Virus record (IMG/VR): IMGVR_UViG_3300050166_000039
Coordinates: 1-64,000 of that record
Length of the DNA: 64,000 bases
Source: a virus
Strand: one strand, 5' to 3'
Under the pieces are notes generated by a model. That model saw only the letters and a program-made list of their open reading frames with translations, was not told where the DNA came from and searched no databases. Shown here one piece after another: positions 49,143 through 55,417 of this stretch. Each line of letters starts with the position of its first letter. Position 1 is the stretch's first letter. The position numbers and the translations under genes are program-made.

Positions 49143-49160
49143 GAGTTCTTTGACATATTG
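49143..49160 (+). promoter_or_regulatory. boxA-like antitermination element
   Basis: GAGTTCTTTGACATATTG; related copies at 32712, 49638, 52535. Confidence 0.65.
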
Positions 49161-49168
49161 GTAAAAAA

Positions 49169-49238
49169 GTACGAGATGGTCTTGGAGGCCAATGGGACTG
49201 CAAATCCCATGGAGTTGGTTCGATTCCAACCTTGTACT
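49169..49238 (+). tRNA. tRNA-Cys(GCA), shortened D arm
   Basis: TGGGA-CTGCAAA-TCCCA; U73 discriminator. Confidence 0.85.
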
Positions 49239-49319
49239 CTACATCCTGTCTCTACAGACACACACATCCGGGAGATGAGCAGGATTACGTCGAATAAAGG
49301 AGAAGAATAAGACGATTCT

Positions 49320-49395
49320 GGACTGGTAGCTCAGTTGGTAGAGCACTAGACTGAAGATCTAGGTGTCGCAGGTTCAAGCCCTGCTCGGTCCACCA
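49320..49395 (+). tRNA. tRNA-Phe(GAA)
   Basis: Canonical cloverleaf, CCA encoded. Confidence 0.95.
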
Positions 49396-49398
49396 CAT

Positions 49399-49473
49399 TG
49401 CGGGATGCGTAGAAAATGGTTATCTCATCGGTCTCATAAGCCGAGGTTCCGGGTTCGAGTCCCGGTCCCGCAA
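49399..49473 (+). tRNA. tRNA-Met(CAU), initiator-like
   Basis: TGCGGGA/TCCCGCA, TCGGT-CTCATAA-GCCGA. Confidence 0.88.
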
Positions 49474-49479
49474 CAATAT

Positions 49480-49552
49480 AGAGTAGTATATCAATGGCTA
49501 GATTACACGTTTTGGGTGCGTGAGGTTGCAGGTTCGAGTCCTGCCTACTCTA
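49480..49552 (+). tRNA. tRNA-Pro(UGG)
   Basis: CACGT-TTTGGGT-GCGTG. Confidence 0.9.
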
Positions 49553-49567
49553 CTTAAAAATATTTTA

Positions 49568-49654
49568 AAAATAATTCAACAAATATTTTTTTTATTCGGG
49601 AATTATTGTTATATTTACCTATCTTAACAAATAAGATAGTTCTTTGACATATTG
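49568..49654 (+). promoter_or_regulatory. Class I promoter module plus boxA-like element
   Basis: Repeat consensus 49568-49622; AGTTCTTTGACATATTG 49638-49654. Confidence 0.78.
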
Positions 49655-49664
49655 ATAAAAACAA

Positions 49665-49737
49665 GCAGGTATCGTATAATGGCTTATTACTCTAGCCTTC
49701 CAAGCTGGAGATGAGAGTTCGATTCTCTCTACCTGCT
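49665..49737 (+). tRNA. tRNA-Gly(UCC)
   Basis: CTAGC-CTTCCAA-GCTGG; U73. Confidence 0.92.
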
Positions 49738-49834
49738 CAACGTATTTAGCGCTCCAACTTAGGTTGGTAAGCATCCGATAGTAACCTCGGACGGGCAACG
49801 TGTTAAATAAGCGGTAAGGAAAAGACGAAAAAAT

Positions 49835-49936
49835 AGTCAGGTGGCGGAATGGTAGACGCAGCCCTGCACACAGGAACTGAATCGAATATGAGTGCAGCAT
49901 TTAAGATTTGTACAGGTTCGAATCCTGTCCTGGCTA
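49835..49936 (+). ncRNA. tRNA-like RNA with payload replacing the anticodon arm (family copy 1)
   Basis: AGTCAGGTGGCGGAATGGTAGACGC...ACAGGTTCGAATCCTGTCCTGGCTA. Confidence 0.8.
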
Positions 49937-50057
49937 CGAAGATATACACAAAAGTGTTGTGAGCAACTCAAATTAGTACGGCATTGACCGAGCGAAGTTT
50001 TTAGGTTGTAGAGGCAGTGGAGCGACACCACATATCAACTTATTTAGATTGAATAAT

Positions 50058-50191
50058 AGTCAGGTGGCGGAATGGTAGACGCAAAAAGCCAACTCGTATG
50101 TGGAAGCGAGTCTAAATAATACTATCCCTGGTTCGTGGCTCGCATTAGCGGCTGGCACCAAGGCTTACAGGTTCGAATCCTGTCCTGACTA
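50058..50191 (+). ncRNA. tRNA-like RNA with payload (family copy 2)
   Basis: Same ends, unrelated insert of about 85 nt. Confidence 0.8.
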
Positions 50192-50256
50192 CGGTGATGT
50201 TTGGCAACTACGCTGATTAGATGAAAGTTGTTGACAGTTTGGAAAGACAAACAAAT

Positions 50257-50381
50257 AGTCAGGTGGCGAAACGGTTAGACGCTAATTGAAGGAATAAAGT
50301 TCACGACCTACCATACAGGCTAATGGGACTTCAATTAATAAGGTTGCAAACTTAATACCCGTTCGAATCGGGTCCTGACAC
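50257..50381 (+). ncRNA. tRNA-like RNA with payload (family copy 3)
   Basis: AGTCAGG..CCTGACA; extended stem TAATTGAAG/CTTCAATTA. Confidence 0.75.
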
Positions 50382-50427
50382 TATGGTTTGGTTAGTACTA
50401 TACAACGAATAGAGGAAGTACAAATAT

Positions 50428-50554
50428 TGTCAAGAGGCGAGAGGAACACGTCCCGAAACATTGATACAAAACTTTCTGACAGAAGAGCAACGGAGTCTCT
50501 GCTTTATCAATGTACTGATGGAGACTATCACTGGTTCGAATCCAGTATTGACAA
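50428..50554 (+). ncRNA. tRNA-like RNA with long branched insert
   Basis: TGTCAA/TTGACA acceptor, ACTGG-TTCGAAT-CCAGT T arm, ACATTGATA/TATCAATGT stem. Confidence 0.65.
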
Positions 50555-50627
50555 CAAGGAGTTCCCAATCTCAAGTGCTGGTTAACCCTAAAAAGTTATC
50601 CGTATGAGCCCATCAAAATTGGAATTT

Positions 50628-50709
50628 GCCTGTATCGCATAGCGGCAATTGCAAGGCACTGTAAATGCCTTCTCGTTTGAGTTCGGAGGTTCGAGTCCTT
50701 CTGCAGGCA
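50628..50709 (+). tRNA. tRNA-Tyr(GUA)
   Basis: AGGCA-CTGTAAA-TGCCT, variable arm. Confidence 0.9.
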
Positions 50710-50766
50710 CGATTAAACAAAAATATTTACGTGAGTATAATTAGTACAACTATTAAAATTAAAATT

Positions 50767-50979
50767 ATGACATCTAACGAATTCACTTATTGGTTACAAG
50801 GTTTTTTTGAAATTTCAAAAGACGCTAATGTAAAAGAACTTGATGAAGTGCAAACTCAAATTATCAAAGACCATTTGAAATTAGTTTTTAAAAAAGAAAC
50901 ACCTAATAGAACATGGTCCGATACCGGTAACCATGGAACATGTGGAAGAGCTGGAACAGTGGACACGTTTGGATTATAA
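50767..50979 (+). CDS. Small hypothetical phage protein
   Basis: MTSNEFTYWLQGFFEIS..IKDHLKLVFKKETP; own class II promoter at 50714. Confidence 0.75.
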   Translation: MTSNEFTYWLQGFFEISKDANVKELDEVQTQIIKDHLKLVFKKETPNRTWSDTGNHGTCGRAGTVDTFGL

Positions 50980-50982
50980 TTT

Positions 50983-51063
50983 GGGAGTGTTGAGCAACGG
51001 TTGCTTAGCAGACTGTAAATCTGTGGTCTTCGGACATTGGCGGTTCGAATCCGTCCACTCCCA
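50983..51063 (+). tRNA. tRNA-Tyr(GUA), second copy
   Basis: GCAGA-CTGTAAA-TCTGT. Confidence 0.9.
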
Positions 51064-51215
51064 CAAACAAGGTGACGCTACGGTCGTAAGATTCCGGAAT
51101 CGAGAAGACAAAAAGCCTAAGTGTACAGATGAGCTCCTACAGCCTTGGACTACTATTATTGAATGATACGAGCCCTCAAAGTTCGAAAGGAGTCAGATAG
51201 TAGTCAAACTTAAAA

Positions 51216-51315
51216 GTATTAGTAATTCAGTGGTAAGACTGGCGTCCCCTCATGGTTAAGGGCCTAAAAGCTGGGAATAAGACGATCGCCGTTGGTTCGA
51301 GTCCAACCTAATACT
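51216..51315 (+). ncRNA. tRNA-like RNA with expanded anticodon loop
   Basis: GTATTAG/CTAATAC acceptor, normal T arm, CGTC/GACG stem enclosing 34 nt. Confidence 0.7.
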
Positions 51316-51321
51316 TTAAAT

Positions 51322-51392
51322 ACGTCTATGGTGCAATGGTAGCATGCAACTCTCCAAAAGTTTTGATGTGGGTTCGAATCCTACTAGACGTG
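51322..51392 (+). tRNA. tRNA-Trp(CCA)
   Basis: Loop CTCCAAA; G73. Confidence 0.88.
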
Positions 51393-51455
51393 CAAATAGT
51401 TTTATAGGTCGTTCTGTCCTTGGGTTCTATGAATCAAAAACCCTAAAAAAGGCCA

Positions 51456-51529
51456 GGACTCGTAGCGAAGAAGGTTATCGCAGCTCGCTCATAACGAGAA
51501 GATCGTAGGTTCGAGCCCTACCGGGTCCA
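51456..51529 (+). tRNA. tRNA(CAU), probably Ile2 (or elongator Met)
   Basis: CTCG-CTCATAA-CGAG; GGACTCG acceptor. Confidence 0.82.
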
Positions 51530-51534
51530 CATTT

Positions 51535-51606
51535 GATTCTTTAGGCTAACGGATAAACCTCTCGGCTACGAACCGAGCATTGAATGTTCGAATCATTCAG
51601 GAATCA
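51535..51606 (+). tRNA. tRNA-Arg(ACG)
   Basis: CTCGG-CTACGAA-CCGAG. Confidence 0.9.
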
Positions 51607-51614
51607 CAATACAT

Positions 51615-51737
51615 GATTGTGTAAGTGTACGGCAGCACTGCCCACCGGTAAATTGGGTGCCTTTTAAGGCTAGGTTAATTTAAAGATGATGAAGTATCGA
51701 TCAAGTAGTCATCGTGGTTCGATTCCCCTCACAGTCA
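51615..51737 (+). ncRNA. tRNA-like RNA with large insert
   Basis: GATTGTG/CACAGTC acceptor, D arm AGTG/CACT, GGTTCGATTCC. Confidence 0.6.
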
Positions 51738-51767
51738 CTGAGAGAAAAGCGGAAAGTAATAATTGCG

Positions 51768-51839
51768 CGGCGATTAGTGGATTGGTCACCACACTGGCCA
51801 CACGGGCCGGGGAAGCAGGTTCGATTCCTGCATTGTCGT
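51768..51839 (+). ncRNA. Atypical tRNA-like cloverleaf (loop CACACGG, no U33)
   Basis: CGGCGAT/ATTGTCG, CTGGC/GCCGG, GCAGG-TTCGATT-CCTGC. Confidence 0.65.
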
Positions 51840-52029
51840 TATAAAGTGCTGGACGCAGTAAAAGAAACCGATGAGTAGTAACGTGACAAACATTTAAGTT
51901 GCAACTAAAGTGTTTGGTGTAGTTAAGTCTTACATGGATTCGCGGTCTTAGGTAAGATGTTTCTTTTACGCTCTTTTTAAAAGTTTTTACGGTGGTTCTG
52001 GTTCTTCAAAAACGCTATCACCTCCATCA

Positions 52030-52103
52030 GACTCCGTAGCTCAGTTGGTAGATGCACCTCACTTTTAATGAGGGGGTCAATGGTTCGAGTCCATTCGGGG
52101 TCA
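52030..52103 (+). tRNA. tRNA-Lys(UUU)
   Basis: CCTCA-CTTTTAA-TGAGG. Confidence 0.92.
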
Positions 52104-52208
52104 CAATATGCTTCATGCACAATCTTACGATCTCTCAGTTAAAAGCTGTCGTAAGCGTAAATCGGCACTCCAATACGTTTGTCAGTTGTGAATTACATGA
52201 AGCGCCAT

Positions 52209-52283
52209 GCACCTTTAGCTCAGTTGGTTTAGAGCACTGCTTTTACACAGCAGGGGTCGGAGGTTCGAATCCTTCAAGGTGCA
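52209..52283 (+). tRNA. tRNA-Val(UAC)
   Basis: CTGCT-TTTACAC-AGCAG. Confidence 0.92.
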
Positions 52284-52292
52284 CTGTGAAAT

Positions 52293-52369
52293 GGTGAGTG
52301 TAGCTCAATCGGTAGAGCGCTGGTTTGTGGTGCCAGAGGTAGTGGGATCGTAACCCATCATTTACCCCA
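52293..52369 (+). tRNA. tRNA-His(GUG)
   Basis: G-1:C73, loop TTGTGGT, CCA encoded. Confidence 0.9.
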
Positions 52370-52371
52370 AT

Positions 52372-52456
52372 GGAAGTTTGTCCGAGTGGCTTATGGTGAC
52401 ACTTTGCTAAAGTGTTGGATGTAACAGTCCCACAGGTTCGAATCCTGTAACTTCCT
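52372..52456 (+). tRNA. tRNA-Ser(GCU)
   Basis: ACACT-TTGCTAA-AGTGT, long variable arm. Confidence 0.9.
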
Positions 52457-52465
52457 CAATGACAA

Positions 52466-52552
52466 AAAATAATCGGTAAAAGATTTTTATTTGTCGAAAC
52501 TTTTAGTTATATTTACATATAATTAAAAGATTTAGAGTTCTTTGATGTATTG
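52466..52552 (+). promoter_or_regulatory. Class I promoter module plus boxA-like element
   Basis: AAAATAAT...TTAGTTATATTTACATAT; GAGTTCTTTGATGTATTG 52535-52552. Confidence 0.72.
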
Positions 52553-52566
52553 GTAGATTAAAAAAT

Positions 52567-52640
52567 GCTCGTATGGTGGAACTGGAAGACACACCAGATT
52601 TAGGCTCTGGGTTTTGTAGGTTCGACTCCTACTATGAGTA
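52567..52640 (+). tRNA. tRNA-Leu(UAG) with short variable loop
   Basis: CCAGA-TTTAGGC-TCTGG. Confidence 0.85.
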
Positions 52641-52643
52641 CAA

Positions 52644-52761
52644 GAGAGATTAGTGAAGCTGTAGTGATGAGCTTACGAGGTATAGGTTGGAAAAAAGGTT
52701 AGTAGTACGACTTTAAGCCTGCACTCATCATCAGTAACCTTGAAAGACCCGAAGTCTCTCT
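52644..52761 (+). ncRNA. Candidate pseudoknotted ncRNA
   Basis: AGAGAGATT/AGTCTCTCT closing stem; TGATGAG/CTCATCA; AAGGTTA/TAACCTT crossing pair. Confidence 0.5.
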
Positions 52762-52767
52762 TTTTAT

Positions 52768-52841
52768 TACCCTATGGTGTAACGGTAACACAACTGTTTT
52801 TGGTGCAGTTATTGGTGGTTCGAATCCATCTAGGGTAACCA
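52768..52841 (+). tRNA. tRNA-Gln(UUG)
   Basis: Loop TTTTGGT, CCA encoded. Confidence 0.9.
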
Positions 52842-52853
52842 TCGTCTATATAC

Positions 52854-52925
52854 TGCGACGTAGCTCAGAGGCAGAGCAGGGAGCTGTTAACTCCAAGGTC
52901 GGGATTTCGATATTCCCCGTTGCAG
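52854..52925 (+). tRNA. tRNA-Asn(GUU)
   Basis: GGAG-CTGTTAA-CTCC; G73. Confidence 0.9.
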
Positions 52926-52936
52926 CAATTAAATAT

Positions 52937-53012
52937 GCTCCGTTAGGCAAATGGTTAAGCCGCCTCTCTTTCTAAGAGGAAATTAAGGGTTCGATCCCCT
53001 TACGGAGTACCA
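52937..53012 (+). tRNA. tRNA-Glu(UUC)
   Basis: CCTCT-CTTTCTA-AGAGG; Glu-type acceptor; CCA encoded. Confidence 0.88.
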
Positions 53013-53013
53013 T

Positions 53014-53275
53014 GAGTAAGAGATACTCAGCAGTCTTTTATCCAAGACTCATTTAACAATGGATAGGGCATGGACTTTTCGCCCTGGATACTAGTCTCAT
53101 GGGAACAAAGGAACGGGGACACGGTTCCTTCCCAGTAAGTGTTGACTTTTTAAGCGGTAAGACGCGTTGGGTTTTTGAAAGCAAAAACTGTGAATATCTA
53201 CTTACTATAATCTCAGGTGAGGAAAGAAGTTCTGAGGTTGGCGAGCTCTTCTATAAAAAAGCAATCCATCCACCA
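53014..53275 (+). ncRNA. Candidate large structured ncRNA
   Basis: AGTAAGAGATACTC pairs with GAATATCTACTTACT about 190 nt later; internal hairpins; 3' pseudoknot-like segment ending CCACCA. Confidence 0.5.
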
Positions 53276-53276
53276 T

Positions 53277-53361
53277 GGTTAGGTGGCGGAATGGTAGACG
53301 CAACGTGGGACCTTCTGTTGGTGCAGCACGATAGATACAGGTTCGAATCCTGTCCTGACTA
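53277..53361 (+). ncRNA. tRNA-like RNA with payload (family copy 4)
   Basis: GGTTAGGTGGCGGAATGGTAGACGC...ACAGGTTCGAATCCTGTCCTGACTA. Confidence 0.78.
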
Positions 53362-53375
53362 CAAAATAAATTATT

Positions 53376-53573
53376 ATGTTTAAAATAGGAGAAAAGGTAA
53401 AATTAACGGGAAATCCATTGGATGAACAATTGGGTGAATTTATCATACCAGGTATTAAAACAATAACCGATATAAAAGACATTATAAACATTGAATATAC
53501 TTCTAGACAATGGGTAAAAATATCAGAATATAATGATTGGATAGATTCTAATTGGTTTAAAAAAATAATATAG
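53376..53573 (+). CDS. Small hypothetical protein between two tRNA-like repeats
   Basis: MFKIGEKVK; AT-rich, coding-like. Confidence 0.65.
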   Translation: MFKIGEKVKLTGNPLDEQLGEFIIPGIKTITDIKDIINIEYTSRQWVKISEYNDWIDSNWFKKII

Positions 53574-53740
53574 TCAGGTGGCGGAATGGTTTAGGTTCAC
53601 AATATGTGGTAAAACGATGAAAGTTTCCAACCAATGGTAGACGCAACAGTTGCTATCGGAGAAATTAGGTGGGAAAAGTAATCTAACGACTTTAATGTGA
53701 GCTTACCACCCTCGTACAGGTTCGAATCCTGTTCTGACTG
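53572..53740 (+). ncRNA. tRNA-like RNA with inserts in both D loop and anticodon arm (family copy 5)
   Basis: AGTCAGGTGGCGGAATGGT-[insert]-GGTAGACGC-[insert]-ACAGGTTCGAATCCTGTTCTGACT. Confidence 0.75.
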
Positions 53741-53743
53741 CAA

Positions 53744-53834
53744 AATAATTAGAGAGAATGTGGGTTCGAGTCCCACCTGGTCTATCCGGTGAGGATGGGC
53801 CGGTAGTGGAAAGGGATAAAGCACTCTATTTATT
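53744..53834 (+). ncRNA. Circularly permuted tRNA mimic (YrlA-like topology)
   Basis: Order T arm, closed acceptor stem, D arm, inside a closing stem. Confidence 0.7.
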
Positions 53835-54168
53835 AAAGTATTGTATCAAATGTGCAGTGAAAATTGATGTAGGCATACATTAGTGAGGTGGGTCCGATTC
53901 CCGTTTTAATTCCTAACTATGGAGGAAGCCAAGTAACTGAGAACACATTATAGCCGGATGGGTTGTGCACCTTGTCTAAGAGACCCTAATAGTTCCTAAT
54001 AGGTCGGTATGGAACTGATACATAAATTATAGGTTGATTGGGGAATGATTATGTCGATAGTTCGAGAGTGAATGCTGACTGACATAATCGGAGTTTAGAA
54101 GTATTCACCAGAGTAAAGCCAATCATAAAAGTAGATGTCCACTGAACCATCTTCTACTTTCCTAAATT

Positions 54169-54241
54169 GCTTCCATAGCTCAATTGGTAGAGCCCTCGAT
54201 TTGTAATCGAGAGGTTGTTGGTTCGAGTCCAACTGGAAGCT
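54169..54241 (+). tRNA. tRNA-Thr(UGU)
   Basis: CTCGA-TTTGTAA-TCGAG. Confidence 0.93.
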
Positions 54242-54242
54242 C

Positions 54243-54370
54243 AATGTAATTAACATAATGTCCTTAGCGGGAGAGCCTAATATGTTACGGATAATCCTTC
54301 GGTGATATGTGATGTGGTAACGTGGAAACAAGAGTAAGAGGATTTGAGTTCCACCTATGTTAGTTACATT
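54243..54370 (+). ncRNA. Candidate structured ncRNA
   Basis: 15-bp closing stem AATGTAATTAACATA/TATGTTAGTTACATT with one G-U pair. Confidence 0.55.
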
Positions 54371-54375
54371 ATTTT

Positions 54376-54521
54376 GGTTCTATAGTTGTTTAGGTCGCCT
54401 CCTAAAACAATGAGTGGGCTAACGTGACGGTCAACCGTAAAGGCTCTAAGGTGTACACGATAAGGAGTAGTTGGTTGAAGTAAGTGACTTAGCGAGATGG
54501 GTTCGATTCCCATTAGAACTG
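54376..54521 (+). ncRNA. tRNA-like RNA with large insert
   Basis: GGTTCTA/TAGAACT acceptor; ATGGG-TTCGATT-CCCAT T arm. Confidence 0.68.
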
Positions 54522-54570
54522 CAAAACATAGGTTTAATTACCCTATGTATGTCAGGTTCGAAACTGACGA

Positions 54571-54644
54571 TTGATTATGGTGTAAAGGTGCACAGAGACC
54601 GTAATTGGAGCTCAGGTTTAAGGTTCGATTCCTTTTTAATCAGC
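54571..54644 (+). pseudogene. Degenerate tRNA-like sequence
   Basis: TGATTA/TAATCA and GGTTCGATTCC but no proper anticodon arm. Confidence 0.45.
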
Positions 54645-54654
54645 AAACTCAATT

Positions 54655-54727
54655 GGGATTGAGGTCAAACGGTTAAGATATCGCACTGTCACTGCGTATG
54701 GAGCGGGTTCAACTCCCGTCAGTCCCG
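54655..54727 (+). tRNA. tRNA-Asp(GUC)
   Basis: CGCA-CTGTCAC-TGCG; G73. Confidence 0.9.
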
Positions 54728-54742
54728 CATTAATGTAAAGTT

Positions 54743-55243
54743 ATGAGCACTGAAATGCACTTATTTATGAATCCAGCAGAAAACCTAGACCTATTACACC
54801 CGGACTATCAGTTAGGGTTCTTTGTGGCTTATCAGATTAAGACTCCGACATTAAGTATTGATGCATGTCAAACAGAAAACGTGCACTCAATTTTGTGGGG
54901 AGAGAGAAAGGAGTATGATAGGTTGAGCGCAGAAGCAACGGAAAGTTGGTTGTGTAGTAAATGGAAAAGAAATCAGGAGCCAACTACATGGAAAGCTTTA
55001 GAAGAGTATAGAGAACACTTATATGATAAGTACTTACCTGTTAACTTTACAGTTCATCTACCACTGATTAAGATCACTGACCTGCAACAATTTAAAGAGG
55101 GCATCATCTGCTACTTATGGAATCAAGATAATTGCCATTACTCTTTACAGCCAGAAGACATTGAATTCAATTTAGATATAGAAGACGGCAGTTCAACTAT
55201 TAAATTGATTAGAAAGAAACTTAAAACCGAATCGGGTTCGTGA
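54743..55243 (+). CDS. Hypothetical protein
   Basis: 166-aa ORF. Confidence 0.65.
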   Translation: MSTEMHLFMNPAENLDLLHPDYQLGFFVAYQIKTPTLSIDACQTENVHSILWGERKEYDRLSAEATESWLCSKWKRNQEPTTWKALEEYREHLYDKYLPVNFTVHLPLIKITDLQQFKEGIICYLWNQDNCHYSLQPEDIEFNLDIEDGSSTIKLIRKKLKTESGS

Positions 55244-55324
55244 ATAAGAGAGGCCTGCAACTTGAAATAAAGACAAATCACGTTAAATCTCTCCATTGAA
55301 GGTGTCATCGGTGACCTTCTACTC

Positions 55325-55402
55325 AGGCAAGTATCCACCCGATCTGATACGTCGGAGCAAGGTAACTGGTTGAAAATGTGGGTTCGAATCCCATCTTGCC
55401 TA
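55325..55402 (+). tRNA. Atypical tRNA-Ile(GAU) lacking a conventional D arm
   Basis: AGGCAAG/CTTGCCT, CCGAT-CTGATAC-GTCGG, normal T arm. Confidence 0.65.
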
Positions 55403-55417
55403 CTAAATTTTATCAAT

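Noticed and set aside
51854-51969. Hammerhead ribozyme (GAAAC..CGATGAG)
   Set aside because: Core reads CCGAUGA rather than CUGAUGA, and the GAAA segment is buried in the closing stem.
52937-53012. Amber suppressor tRNA (CTA in loop) and stop-codon recoding
   Set aside because: The 7-nt loop CTTTCTA centres on TTC with a Glu-type body; TAG and TGA end genes at sensible coupled positions.
53208-53275. RNase P RNA (GAGGAAAG)
   Set aside because: Lacks GAGGAAAGUCC and the other conserved P4 elements.
49835-53740. Group I/II introns in tRNA-like elements
   Set aside because: Inserts are far too short and lack catalytic-core motifs.
54376-54521. tmRNA
   Set aside because: Only 146 nt, no Ala G3-U70 identity pair, no tag reading frame.
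49363-54662. ORF-track ORFs over the tRNA array (49363, 49619, 49837, 50388, 50933, 52052, 53099, 53279, 53597, 54095, 54471)
   Set aside because: They overlap tRNA or structured RNA and are not protein-like; only 50767 and 53376 are retained.
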